From: Squalus acanthias
Lineage: Eukaryota
Assembly: GCA_030390025.1 (NCBI GenBank)
Contig: JASTWF010000036.1
Coordinates: 2,294,001 to 2,358,000, forward strand
DNA length: 64,000 bases
Reading direction: 5' to 3'
Shown here: positions 12,833 to 26,064 of the stretch, one piece after another
Numbering within the stretch: position 1 is the first letter of the stretch
Layout of the letters: each line of letters begins with the position of its first letter
Position numbers and translations under genes: made by a program
The notes under the pieces: generated by a model
Told to the model about the DNA's origin: nothing
Databases searched by the model: none
Seen by the model: the letters and a program-made list of their open reading frames with translations, nothing else

Positions 12833-12957
12833 ACCTTGGTGTCCATGTACACAAATCACCTTGGTGTCCATGTACACAAATGACCTTGGTGTCCATGTAC
12901 ACAAATCACCTTGGTGTCCATGGACACAAATCACCTTGGTGTCCATGTACACAAATC
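12833..12957. repeat. 25-bp tandem repeat x5 (ACCTTGGTGTCCATGTACACAAATC)
   Basis: Five near-identical units with no spacers; the unit is CR1 coding sequence (DLGVHVHKS). Confidence 0.95.
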
Positions 12958-13650
12958 CTTAAAGGTGGCAGGGCAAGTTGATCAGGTGGTTCAAAAAGCA
13001 TGTGGATTACTTGGGTTTATAAATAGAGGAATAGAATATAAAAGCAAAGAGATCATGCTCGAACTTTATAAATCACTGGTTAGGCCTCAGCTGGAGTATT
13101 GTGGACAATTCTGGGCCCCACACTTCAGGAAAGATGTAAAGACCTTTGAAAGGGTGCAGAGGAGGTTTACCAGGATGTTATCAGGGATGCGTGGCTTCAG
13201 TTCTGAGGAGAGGTTGGAAAAGTTAGGACTGTTCTCCTTGGAACAGAGACAGTTAAGAGGCGACCTAATAGAGGTTGTCAAGATGATGAGAGGTTTTGAT
13301 AGAGTGGATAGAGAAAAATTATTCCCTCGGGCGAGTGGGTCAATAACCAGAGGTCATAGATTTAAAATCATTGGCAAAATATCTAGAGGGGAGATGAGGG
13401 GGGAACTTTTTCACTCAGAGAGTTGTTGGGATCTGGAACATTCGACCTGAAAAGGTGGTGGAAGCTGATTCCATCAATAATTTTAAAAGGGAGTTGGACA
13501 GGTACTTGAGAATAAGGAACTTACAGGACACTGACAAAAAGCGGGGATGTGGGACTAAGTCCGACTGCTCTTTGAAAGAGCCAGCACAGGCACGACGGGC
13601 TGAATGGCCTCCTTCTGTGCTGTACGTTTCTCTGATTCTATGATTCTATG
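12833..13650 (+). mobile_element. CR1 LINE 3' fragment
   Basis: LGVHVHKSLK..RPQLEYCGQFWAP..TRGHRFK; (ATTCTATG) tail. Confidence 0.9.
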
Positions 13651-13949
13651 AAATCCTCCTATAAAGTGCCTTATAATCTGAAAACTCACATGTCCGTTGT
13701 CTGTTGTAGCTAACTAGTCCATAGCCTGCTTGTAATAACTGCAGTAGGTGTGGCATTTGGCATGCTCTTAGAGTACACTTAAGTTGAATAAATTGTTTGC
13801 TCTCCCCGTTGACTAAGGAGGCTGCTGTTCCAAAGACAGCACTTAAGAACATGCAATGTTTTGTTAAGCCTCTCAGTGGATTGTAACCCTGCGACTGGTC
13901 AATGTCTGTTTTGCATCTCAACTCTCAAGTCAGATACAAGATTTGTGGC

Positions 13950-14335
13950 CTGGCCTGCCCCAATGGCTCAGTGAGTTTATCCAGTGAGTAGTACAGCCAC
14001 ACAAACCAGCAATCTTTGGGACTGAGCTGAGTTACCTGATCTCAGTTGGGGCAGCGATAGGAAAACTTCATCTGATCTCCGACCCCGAGGATTAGGCGGA
14101 GCGGGGACAGGGATGGGAGTCAACCCTTGATTCCTGTTCCTGGTCACTGTTGAGCGAACTATGTTGGAAGTGCATGTGTGTGGAAATGATTGGCATCAAC
14201 TGTGATGCATTCCCCTTCTTCCACAGTTGAATTGGCTGCCCAACATTTACCATCAACACTCGCACATGGGTAAGGCACCTGAGGAACAATAGGAGTGAAG
14301 CCTTCAAGAGAGTAGGGAAAAAAACTGGTGCACCA
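13950..14335 (+). mobile_element. old tRNA-derived SINE, tentatively AmnSINE2-like
   Basis: TGGCTCAGTG head and GCTGAGTTACCTGATCTCAG motif; related copies at 18985, 28225, 43630 and 60915. Confidence 0.5.
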
Positions 14336-14629
14336 GCCACAAGGTCAATACTGGCCGAGTCCTGGAGCCTGAACCATTGGAACACAGCAGCCTGGATCCA
14401 TTATCCCTCAGATTATTGCCTGCGGAAAGAACCACTTTGCACCTTCCCAAAACAGCGCAGTTAAGATTGGGAACCTACCATGTGAGAAACCTTTGGGGCA
14501 AATCTTACACCCCAGACAAATACACAACGTTTAGAAAAATCATATTTTCAAATGATTTGGCCTTAAAAGAAAGAAACACTTGCATTTATACAGCATCTTT
14601 CATGACCTCAGGGCATCCCAAAGGAGCAG

Positions 14630-14875
14630 GAGGTTTAGAGGAAAAACTTTTCACCCAGAGGGTGGTTGGAATCTGGAACTCACTGCCTGAAAGGGTGGTA
14701 GAGGCAGGAACCCTCACAACATTCAAGAAGCATTTAGATGAGCACTTAAAATGCCATAGCATACAAGGCTACGGACCAAGTGCTGGAAAATGGGATTAGA
14801 ATAGACAGGGCTTGATGGCCAGCGCGGACACGATGGGCCGAAGGGCCTCTTTCTGTGCTGTATGACTCTATGACA
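14630..14875 (+). mobile_element. CR1 LINE 3' end
   Basis: FTQRVVGIWNSLP..FKKHLD, followed by GGGCCGAAGGGCC..CTGTATGACTCTATG. Confidence 0.85.
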
Positions 14876-15201
14876 TGCTGATGAAATGCAGAAAGTGGAG
14901 GGTGTTATAGCCAAGAGGGTAAAAGTGTGTCTACAGACATCAAGAGTGGCCCTGATGGATAAGTAATTATCAAATACAAAGACTTATTTGGCGAGTATCT
15001 CAATAATGATGGCCAAGCAAGTTGCCTATCACGCACACATACCTGGGGTCACAAGGGGACGTGCAGTTGGCCCATCTGAAAAGGAAATAGTTTGATCTTG
15101 CTAGATAACTGAGAGCTACCAGCAATGTTAGCTGGGGCGCTGGTGGTTCACAAGCAGTAAATGGGTCGACAAGGGATTATGCCCTTTATCCTCTTTCCTG
15201 A

Positions 15202-15662
15202 GCTGTGGCTCACTGGGTATCATTCTCGGCTCTGAGTCAGAAGGTCGTGGGTTCAAATCCTGATCCAGGGACTTGAGCACAAAATCTAGGCTGACACTCC
15301 AGTGCAGTGCTGAGGGAGTGCTGCACTGTCAGAGGTGCCGTGTTTCGGATGAGAAGTTAAACCGGGGCCTCGTCTGCCCTCCCAGGTGGACGTAAAAGAT
15401 CCCATGGCACTATTTCGAAGACGAGCAGGGGAGTTATCCCAGTGTCCTGGGCCAATATTTATCCCTCAACCAACATCACTGAAACAGATTATCTGGTCAT
15501 TATCACGTCGTTGTTTGTGGGAGCTTGCTGTGCGCAAAATTGGCTGCCACGTTTCCCACATTACAACAGTAACGACACTTCAAAAAGTACTTCATTGGCT
15601 GTAAAGCACTTTGGGACATCCTGAGGTCGTGAAAGGCGCTATAGAAACGCAAGTCTTTCTTG
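15202..15662 (+). mobile_element. DeuSINE (SacSINE1-like), full length
   Basis: tRNA head with B-box GGTTCAAATCC; Deu domain GGATGAGA..TAAACCG..GTAAAAGATCCCATGGCACT; L2-like tail GCGCTATAGAAACGCAAGTC. Confidence 0.85.
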
Positions 15663-16520
15663 CTTTCTCTCTATAACAAGATGAAGGGGAAATATAAATT
15701 ACTGGCCTCAGATCTGAAGTCCTTGTGTAGAAGCCTGACCCAAGAACTGATGGTTACAGCTTGAATACACTGGGAATGCTAAGGAGAAAGTGCTGGAGGG
15801 GTTGGTATATTTCCCATCAATTTGAAACATTTTAGACAAATAAATTGGCAAATGAACCCATGGTTCTTTCTTACCTCTTCTCGTTTTGAGACCAGCTCAA
15901 GTCCATCAATTTCCTTATACAATCCATTCACGCTTTGTCTTTTCAATGCTTGGTGTGTCTGTATGGTGCCCTCAGTAACTGTCAGGTCAATTGATCAGAG
16001 ATGGAGCAAGAACATGAAACTGATACCGATTGCTAAAAGCATAAACAAGAATACGTTCAAGGCAGGATGCGCTTTATTAGCCAGACACACTGTACCTGTT
16101 GCACAAATCAATTAAGAATCAAAATAGCAATCGTTTTAAGAGCTGGCTTACGCATTCATATAACCTGTTTTTCTGAGAAATGCGAATATTCTACTTGGCT
16201 GATTTCTGATCCTTTTGTGCATCTTTTCAGAATAATGGAAATGAGTCCAACTTTCCTGTAGAAGGCCTGTAATCCAAATCCTAGTAAAATGGCCTCAGAC
16301 CAGGATATTGGTGGGCACTTACAGGTAATCCAAAGCAAAGGGCTGTCAGGAAGCTTAAAGGTAACCTAATATGGATGGCTTAGTGACAGGAAATTTGAGT
16401 GATCACTGGAGCTCAAAGTTAAAGGGATGCTAAGTGGATTACGTAAAACTCTCATATAGCCACAGGCAGAATCGACATTAGGAATATGCAGCTTAGGGGA
16501 TATAGGTTACATGTTTCCTG

Positions 16521-17695
16521 CATCAACATCAACAACAACAACAACTTATATTTATATAGCGCCTTTAATGTAGTAAAACGTCCGAAGGCACTTCACAGGA
16601 GTATTATAAGACAAAAAATTTGACACCGAGCCACATAAGGAGAAATTAGGGCAGGCGACCAAAAGCTTGGTCAAAGAGGTAGGTTTTAAGAAACGTCTTA
16701 AAGGAGAAAAGAGAGGCGGAGAGGTTTAGGGAGGGAATTCCAGAACTTCAGGCCCTAGGCAACAGAAGGCACGGCCACCAATGTTTGAGCGATTATATGC
16801 AGGGATGCTCAAGAGGGCAGAATTAGAGGAGCGCAGATATCTTGGGCGGTTGTAGGGCTGGAGGAGATTACAGAGATAGGAAGGGGCGAGGCCATGGAGG
16901 GATTTGAAAACAAGGATGAGAATTTTGAAATCGAGGCGTTGCTTAACCGGGAGCCAGTGTAGGTCAGCGAGCACAGGAGTGATGGGTGAACAGGACTTGG
17001 TGCGAGTTAGGACACGGGCAGCAGAGTTTTGGATGACCTCAAGTTTACGAAGGGTGGAATGTGGGAGGCCAGCCAGGAGTGCATTGGAATAGTCAAGTCT
17101 AGAGGTAACAAAGGCATGGATGAGGGTTTCAGCAGTGGATGAGCTGAGGCAGGGGCGGAGACGGGTGATATCGCGGAGGTGGAAATAGGCGGTCTTAGTT
17201 ATGCTGCGGATATGTGGTCGGAAGCTCATTTCAGGGTCAAATAAGACACCAAGGTTGCAAACAGTCTGGTTCAGCCTCAGACAGATGTTAGGGAGAGGGA
17301 TAGAGTCTGTGGCTAGGGAACGGAGTTTGTGGCGGGGACCGAAAACAATGGCTTCAATCTTCCCAATATTTAATTGGAGAAAATTTCAACACTCTTCCAG
17401 GGCGTTGTTTGTCGATGTGACTGGAGGTCGGACAAGCAGTCTGACAATTTAGAGACTGTGGAGGGGTCGAGAGAAGAGGTAGTGAGGTAGAGCTGGGTGT
17501 CGTCAGCGTACATGTGGAAACTGACGCTGTGTTTTCGGATGATGTCGCCAAGATGAGAAATAGGAGGGGGCCAAGGATAGATTCTTGGGGGACACCAGAG
17601 GTAACGATGCAGGAGTGGGAAGAGAAGCCATTGCAGGTGATTCTCTGGCTACGATTAGATAGTTAAGAATGGAACCAGGCGAGTGCAGTCCCACT
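16521..17695 (-). mobile_element. L2 LINE 3' fragment (~1.2 kb)
   Basis: YADD codons at ~17500-17511 (minus), AFVTSRLDYSNALL, LHWLPV; (TTG)n tail. Confidence 0.92.
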
Positions 17696-18311
17696 CAGCA
17701 CTCACCCAGTATCACGAGTTAACTTATTTTCCCACATGCCTCTGCTCCCACCTCTCAATTTAGTTTATGCCACTTTTGTGTGGCATAGTAATGACACAAA
17801 TGGGAGATATTCTGACTCTTAAAAAATGGCAGTGGTGGCCAGTCCTCTTGACATCAAAGTGACTTCCAGGCTCCAATTAACGCACTGTGGGTCAGAACCA
17901 CACGTCCACTATAAACCATGTTACCTTTGAATGTTGTCTGCGATCTCTGGCTATTCTCTGAACAAAATTCCACCGGGCCATCACATCGACAAACAACGCC
18001 TGGAAGAGTGTTGAAACTTTCACTCCAGATTTAAAAATAAAGATGTGAGACAACTGATGAAAACAATGTCAATGAAGATTCTGTGTAGCTTTCATACAGA
18101 TTTTCAAACGCCCAGCACGCGTTGTCTACATAAGTCACTGTGCTTCAAAAGGAAATTCATTGTGTGCAGCACTTTGAAACATTTTGATGTGAAAGGCACT
18201 TTACAATTATGAATATAACTATTTAAAGGGGCAGTGTTCCCATGTTTGAGACAGATGAGAGTGCTGCCATGTTATTGGTAATCTGATGGCGTTGCTGGTT
18301 TGCTGATTGGA

Positions 18312-18666
18312 CATAGAATCATACAGCACAGAAGGAGGCCATTCGGCCAATCATGTCTGCGCTGGCTCTTTGAAAGAGCTCTCCAATTAAGCCCACTCGC
18401 TTGCTCTTTCCCCGTAGCCCTGCGATTTTTTTCCTTTTCAAGTATTTATCCAATTCCCTTTTGAAAGTTACTATTGAATCTGCTCCACCGCCCTTTCAGG
18501 CAGCGCGTTCCAGATCACAACAACTCGCTGCGTTAAAAACATTCTCCTCATCTCCCCTCCGATTCATTTGCCAAATATCTTAAATCTGTGTTCTCTGGTT
18601 ACCGACCCTCCTGCCACTGGAAACAGTTTCTCCTTATTTACTCCATCAAAACCCTCCATAATTATG
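18312..18666 (-). mobile_element. CR1 LINE 3' end
   Basis: CATAGAATCATACAGCACAGAAGGAGGCCATTCGGCC terminus plus CR1 3' coding sequence. Confidence 0.85.
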
Positions 18667-18984
18667 ACACAATCACCTCTCGATTTGAGCTTCAACAAAG
18701 ATACAGATAAAAATGCAAAATCTCAGACTTCTTGTAAAAGGATTCGATGGGGATCTGGGTAAAGGGCTATATATTACGAGGGGCACCAGTCCATCCGCAG
18801 TCTATTTCAAATCAACGCTGATCGATTCTGGGGACCACCTGGTAAATGGCGTTACCCTTTTAATTTAGACAACATGTATTAAATGTTGAAGAAAAGGTGT
18901 AATTGAAAGGAACATTTACTCAAAGAGATCAGCTCTTTTCCCCAGACATTAAGCCAACATTGCTGGATACGAACCACTTGATTC

Positions 18985-19605
18985 CCCTGATGACCAACTG
19001 GTAAGTAAGAGAGGAGCCGAGCCCAAGAGAATGGGAGGATTCCAGTAGAACCTCTGGTGAGTTAGTTGATCTCACCTGGATTGCCACTAGGGACACATGA
19101 TATTGGCCTAGGTTAGATTAGGATGGGAGAAAGAAAAATCAAGTAGGCTTCTGATTAGTGACCACTATCCAGTGACCCCTGCTGGATAGGTCACGTGTGG
19201 ATATCGTGAGAGAGGAGGACTGAGAAGGGCTGGGATCTCCTCCTTTACAATCAAATAGCCTTCCAACCCTCCCTGTCCGGGCTCACACATGAAGAATACC
19301 ATGTAGGAGAGGCACAAGTACCGTCAATCCCCATGGAACTGTAGCCCAGCCCCGGTCAATGTCTTCATATATATTTATCCCTCAACCAACATCATTAAAA
19401 CAGATGATCTGGTCATTATCACATTGCTGTTTGTGGGAGCTTGCTGTGCGTAAATTGGCTGCCGCATTTCCTACATTGCAACAGTGACTACACTCCAAAA
19501 GTACTTCATTGGCTGTAAAGCGCTTTGGGATGTCCGGTGGTTGTGAAAGGTGCTATATAAACGCAAGTCTTTCTTTCTTTTTCAGGAGAGGAGGGGAGGA
19601 ATTGA
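18985..19605 (+). mobile_element. AmnSINE2-like old SINE interrupted near its 3' end by a DeuSINE 3' fragment (19368-19581)
   Basis: GAGTTAGTTGATCTCA, CTATCCAGTGACCCCTGCTGG and GGCTCACACATGAAGAAT motifs; the DeuSINE tail ends GCTATATAAACGCAAGTCTTTC. Confidence 0.6.
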
Positions 19606-19807
19606 AATAAGAACCATTGTATAAAGCAGACACCCCTTCCCCACCACAGAGCTGTTTTGATTTAAAAGGCTGCTATTGTATCCATTTTCTTCACAGCAAG
19701 GTCTTGCGTGTAAATAATTGCATTTTCTATCAACATTTTGAAAGAGCTTGCATTTGGGGGAGTCCAAAAAAAGGGGACTTCATCTTAAAATGATATACTG
19801 GGGGAAG

Positions 19808-20339
19808 TTACATCGAAATTACAGCACAGAAAGAGGCCATTCGGCCCAACTGGTCCATGCCGGTGTTTCTGCTCCACATGAGCCTCCTCCCACCCCTCTT
19901 CATCTCACCCCATCAACATATCCTTCTACTCCTTTCTCCCTCGTGTGTTTATCTAGCTTCCCCTTAAATGCGATTCGCCTCAACCACTCCCTGTGGTAGC
20001 GAGTTCCTCATTCTCACCACTCTCTGGATAATGAAGTTTCTCCTGAATTCCCCATTGGATTTATTAATGACTATCTTAAATTGATGGCCCCTAGTTCTGG
20101 TCTCCCCCACAAGTGGAAATATCTCTATGTCTACCCTATCAAATCCTTTCATAATTTTAAAGACCTCTATTAGGTCACCCCTCAGTCTGCTCTTTTTTAA
20201 GAGAATAGAGCCCCAGCCTGTTTGATGTTTCCTGATAGGTATAACCTCTCAGTTCTGTTATCAACCTTGTAAATCTTTTTTGCACCCTCTCCAATGCCTC
20301 GGTATCGTTTTTATAATATGGAGACCAGAACTGTGCACA
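19808..20339 (-). mobile_element. CR1 LINE 3' fragment
   Basis: CAQFWSPYYKND..LERVQKRFTRLI; GETRTRGHQFKI. Confidence 0.9.
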
Positions 20340-20715
20340 AGAGTCAAAGAAGAGTTCACTGTAAATGCTGAGGTTATATGGTGTGAGGGATCCCTCGCCA
20401 ATACTGAGGCACTCGAAGGGGCCCCTATCAAAGATAGAGTCAGCTACCTGAAGGAAAACTGTGCCGAAAACATGTTTTATGAGTTCTATAAGAACAGAAG
20501 CAACATGCTCAGAAAATATACAGAATGCTCCAGATACTGTGCATAGATGGACAGACATCTGATGACTTTGCAGATCCTCTGGAATCCCCCCTTGCAGACC
20601 CCTATGGGGTTTGCAGATTCCCAGTTTCAAATCCATGGATTACACAACTAGGTTTCAGTGAAACCAAGCCATGACTAGACTGGCATTGAACCAGTCATTC
20701 CTAACTATGGACAAT

Positions 20716-21078
20716 GGGGATTGACAGGGTAGATGCTGAGAGGTTGTTTCCCCTGGCTGGAGTGTCTAGAACTAGGGGTCACAGTCTCAGGATAAGGGGT
20801 AGGTCATTTAAGACTGAGATGAGGAGGAATTTCTTCACTCAGGGTTGTGAATCTTTGGAATTCTCTGCCCCAGAGGGCTGTGAATGCTGAGTCTTTGAGT
20901 ATATTCAAGGCTGAGATAGATTGATTTTTGGACTCTAGGGGAATCAAGGGATATGGAGATCGGACGGGAAAGTGGAGATGAGGTCGATGATCAGCCATGA
21001 TCTTATTGAATGGCGGAGCAGGCTCGAGGGGCCGCATGGCCGACTCCTGCTCTTATTTCTTATGTTCTTATGTTCTTA
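20716..21078 (+). mobile_element. CR1 LINE 3' end
   Basis: CTAGAACTAGGGGTCACAGTCTC..GATCAGCCATGATC..(TTCTTATG)n. Confidence 0.9.
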
Positions 21079-22009
21079 TTGCCTAACTAGGCATTTGGAA
21101 GACATCCAACTCAAGGCCTAAAAGACTATCCATTGATGAAGAGACAAACAAGAAAACCATATGGCCAAGTACAGCAAAAACTGATAAGTTTCCATTTATA
21201 TTCAAGGATTATAATGCTGGGTTTTCTTGATTCCTAATTGCAGATTTTTGGCAATCTCCAGAACCCAATCTGCAGCAGAGAGACTGTTGTCCTCCTATCT
21301 CCTGAAACTTCCACCAGTCTACAAGTGGTCTTACCACTTGAACCTCTTCATATCATTGGTGAATAGAGTTAAGAAAATTGCCAAATTTTTACAAATTGTA
21401 CAAACCCTAACACGCGGGTTACATGCGGTAAAAATACTGGAAAGGTGAGAGAGACACATTTTAACTTCTGGTTGGTGAATCACCCCATAGTATAAACAGG
21501 GCAGGTTCATCAACGAGAGTGAGTACATTTGGAATAGCGCTCAAAGAATAAAACAAGGCATTTATCCAGTGGGTGTGCATTTATGAGTTAGCAGTGCAAA
21601 ATCAATTCCAAGTTTCACACTTAACTCGCACCCTCTCTTTTGAAAGGAGAACTCCAAGGGTGAAAAGCAGGAATCTCTATTGGTGCAGGAGCACTGCTGC
21701 AAAGCCATTACTCAGGGCTTGTGGGTGCCAGTCTGCTTTGTTTGCAGGCATGTAGCTGCTTGGAGAATTTTCCTTTCCCTCGGCCTCCTACTTTTACCCA
21801 TTTGCGTCTGAGCCAGCTTCCTGCCTGTTTTGTGCTATTGTCGGGAATCAGGGCTGGCTTCTCGTTTTCACTGCGAGAGAGGTTTAAAGACAGATAATTC
21901 AGAGGCAGGACTGCCATAAAGCCCAAATTTAAAAAAAAATTCTATTGGCTCCATTTACAGTGGAAATGTTTCCTGATATTGGTCACCTAAGGGCTGGTGT
22001 AAAGTCTCA

Positions 22010-22886
22010 GGCCGCGATTTTATCGGCACTGAGAGGGCGGGTTTGGAGGCGGGTCAAAGGTTAAAATCATTTTGATTGACGGCGGGTTCCAATCTCGCCA
22101 TCAATCCGCCTCCAAACAATTTTCCCAAGTGTCGGGTCCCTGATTTGCGCATGGACCCGGCACCTAGCGGCGGGAAGAGGATTAAAGCCACTTACCTGCC
22201 TGTTAACAGGTAGTTGCTAGTAGTTGACAGGCTATTTTTTAATTTTGCCGCTTCTGCCTCAGGTTTCCCGACGTTCGGACACCACGCCAGGTAAGTGTGG
22301 CGTGTTGTGAGTCTGCTGTAATGTTTCTGGATTGATGACAGCTGCAGAAGTGGTGTGAAGGATCCAGTGGTGCACATGGTGAGTCTCAGAGGTAAGAAAA
22401 TGTTGGGAAATTAATTTTTAATGCATTTACACATTTCTTTAGGTAACAAGTTTTGAAATCCATGTCCAGTGCCACCTCATTGGGAGAACCTCTCTCATCA
22501 GTGACAGATCGCTTCTGTCACCTCACCTGCAGCTGCCATGTATTCCAGCCTATGGAGGGAGTCATTGAAGAGCCTGGGTGCAAGAGCTCACCTGTGAACA
22601 GTCATTGTCAGTGTTTGCAGCACCTCAATGCTGTCAAACACTGAGAAATGAGCTGTCAAAAAAAAATTGTGCGTGGTCCCTGTAAGAAAACCGGCAGATG
22701 ACGCGTCATCAAATGACGTCATCTGACCCGCTTCCTCTTAATTGGCCGGCAAGCCCGCAGGGCGGGCTTAACAAGGTCAATCAACGTAAAATCACGTCTG
22801 TGGGCCGGATGCAGTTGGGGGCGGGTCTGGAAGCCGGAAACCACCTGACCCGCTCCCAACCTGCCTCCAATGAAAAAATCGCGGCC
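22010..22886. mobile_element. Harbinger-type MITE, family B, copy 1
   Basis: Perfect 12-bp TIR GGCCGCGATTTT / AAAATCGCGGCC; homologous along its length to 36396-37228; TSD not preserved. Confidence 0.8.
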
Positions 22887-23652
22887 AATTCTGCAAGATT
22901 ATTAAAAACTCTCACCACGGCAGCCATGGGTACAATATTGGAATGCTGTAAGCATTCTTCCAATCCGATGCTAAAACACCTATCCACTGATACTTGGCTC
23001 ACCGTACTGCCACATATGGATCTCAGGGTATTTTATTTGTTTACCACATCCCATCAGTTCATCACCGAAGCTTACCTACAGCCAACATCTCAATTATTTC
23101 GATACCTTGATTTTGCAATCCTAGCAAATTGATGGCAGGAATGGCTGGTTGTCAAGCCAAGGTAGCCCACAGCACACTGAGCTGAATGCATGCAATTTTG
23201 CAAGGACAGGTCATTTGAATAGTTCGCATAAGCTCCCAGCACAACTTTGGCCTTCTGCCGGCAGCTAGCCGAATGTGGGGGCAGAGAAGAAAATCTGGCT
23301 AGCAGCCCAAATTTAAAGAATGCGCCCACTTAAAAGGTAAGTGGCTGCATATGGGGACAAATATTGTTTGTTGTGGCTGCCGCGAAGCACGAATTGAGGC
23401 CGAGTCAATATGTGGAGCACATGGCTTTTAATTCCATACTCCTTGGCAAAATGGCTGCTACAACTTCTCTCTGCAAAACCCTACTGGTTGAGGGCGACGC
23501 CCGCTCTTTTTAAATTCACACTGAGGGCGACGCCCACTCCTTTTTTCATGCCTTAAAGGCAGCATGCGCCTTAAAGGCAAGGTGCCCGATTTATTGTCCA
23601 CGGACGGAAAAGTGGATTGCGCCTGTTTAGGTGGCGATCCGCCACAGTTTCA

Positions 23653-23853
<201 letters not shown>

Positions 23854-24920
23854 TTAGCCTCAAGAGGAGGCTTGCAAAATCAAGGCTTTAAAATGGGAAG
23901 ACAAGTTTGCGCAAAATCAGATGGGATCCCAGATTTTATAAATAAGCGGCAGTAAGTGAACAAAGAGAGAAAATATATAGAGTGCAGAATTCTGAAGTCA
24001 CTGTTTGATGTGACCGGACTCTGATAGACAGAAATCTGATCTGTGTGCCCCAGTTTGAAAACCCGCGGGTTGAGCCAAAAAAAATCTCAACAAAACAATA
24101 TCGGGAATTTTCTTTCCAATGCTAAAATGCCTGGCATACAATTGCAAAACTGTTATGCAAATGTCTAACGCTGATTATAAATCATTATGTCGCTCCGAGT
24201 GAGAGTGACCTTTATCTGCACGAGAAGACATATTTTTCAATTACTATTCCAGTAAGGTTAGCAGAGTGTTGGAAAATATCAGATTATTTTGTGTTGCTGC
24301 AATGAACTATTTTTCTTTTGTTTGTAAATTTTAAAACGTATTCATATTTTTGGTTGAAATATAGTTGGGTAGACAGTTATGTCAGCACAGTGTATGTTCG
24401 AACACTGTGTGGATCTCTCCGCAGAGCGAGCTCCCAATCTTCACCATGCCGTCGCAGGGAGTGCGCAAGAAGCCAGATGTTTCCACAAAGGGACACAGCC
24501 AGAGGCGACCAGCTGCCCGTGCTCTTTGCAGTCAATTCCAAAGTTCCACCGGGCACAAGGCTGCATGTTTGCCCTTGGGTCTCGGGGATCAGTGTGCAGC
24601 CAGCTGAATGAGAAACGGAGGCAATGTAGAACGAACATTTAGACGCAGATTGTTTGTTGGGATTGCTGTTGAGCATACCATCGCCGCAGGTTAGAGAACA
24701 TGTGACACAATGTGGCCTTTGGCTGAAGAGCGCCTGCACAATGCAGCCTCAATCTCAGCTCTCGCCAATTCACATCAGCACGACAGGTGGCCTGGGAATG
24801 GGTTGCTTGTCCACTTTGGTGGTTGTATGACGAGGGATTGGAGAGGGGAGGAATAGTGTTGGGAAGTCTCTAGCACAGGAAGAAAATGCAGCTATGAAAG
24901 TTAATAAAAATTCTTGTACT

Positions 24921-26064
24921 TGCTACCACAGGGAGTAGTTGAGGCGAATAGCATAGATGTATTTAAGGGGAGGCTAGATAAACACAGGAGGGAGAAAGGG
25001 AATAGAAGGTTCTGCTGATAGGGTGAGATGAAGTAGGGGTAGGAGGAGGCTCGTGTGGAGCACAAACACCGGCACGGACACGTTGGGCCGAATGGCCTGT
25101 CTCTGTGCAGTAGATTCTATGTAATTCTATGTTTGCTGATGATACAAAGCTGGGTGGGAATGTAAGTCATGAGGAGGATGCAACGAGGCTTCAAGGGGAT
25201 ATAGACAGGCTAAGTGAGTGGGCAAGAACATGGCAAATGGAATATAATGTTGAGAAATGTAAAGTTATCCACTTTGGTAGGAAAAATAGAAAAGCAGAGT
25301 ATTTTTTAAATGGTGAGAGATTGGGAAATGTTGGTGTTCAGAGAGACCTGGGTGTCCTTGTACACGAATCACTGAAAGTTAACATGCAGGTACAGCAAGC
25401 AATTAAGAAAGCAAATGGTATGTTGGCCTTTATTACAAGAGGATTTGAGTATAAGTGTAAAGACATCTTACTGCAATTATATAGGGCCCTGGATGAGACC
25501 ACACCTGGAGTATTGTGTACAGTTTTGGTCTCCTTACCTAAGGAAGGATACACTTGCCATAGAGGGAGTGCAACGAAGGTTCACCAGACTGGTTCTTGGG
25601 ATGGGGGATTGTCCTATGAGGAGAGATTGAGTAGACTAGGCTTATATTCTCTAGAGTTTAGAAGAATGAGAGGTGATCTCATTGAAACATACAAAATTCT
25701 TACAGGGCTTGACAGGGTAGATGCAGGGAGGATGTTTCCCCTGGCTGGGGAGTCTAGAACCAGGGGGTCACAGCCTCAGAATAAGGGGTCGGCCATTTAG
25801 GACTGAGATGAGGAGAAATTTCTTCACTCAGAGGGTGGAGAATCTTTGGAATTCTCTGCCCCAGAGGGCTGTGGAGGCTCAGTCGTTGAGTATATTCAAG
25901 ACAGAGATCGATAGATTTTTGAATATTAAGGGAATCAAGGGATATGGGGATAGTGCAGGAAAGTGGAGATGAGGTAGAAGATCAGCCATGATCTTATTGA
26001 ATAGCGGAGCAGGCTCAAAGGGCCAAATGGCCTACTCCTGCTCCTATTTCTTACATTCTTATGT
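24921..26064 (+). mobile_element. two abutting CR1 fragments (24921-25128 3' end; 25129-26064 RT to 3' end)
   Basis: The first ends in an ATTCTATG tail joined directly to FADDTKLGG of the second; frameshifts near 25490 and 25600. Confidence 0.9.

Noticed and set aside
12833..12957. CRISPR-like array of 25-bp repeats
   Set aside because: No spacers, no cas genes, and the unit is CR1 coding sequence in a vertebrate context
22007..22889. TSDs for the MITEs at 22010, 33010 and 43873
   Set aside because: Flanking triplets do not match (TCA/AAT, TAT/TGA, ATG/GCG), so no TSD is claimed
24318..24739. Cluster of overlapping ORFs in GC-richer unique sequence
   Set aside because: Open frames on both strands with no recognisable protein; consistent with low stop-codon density
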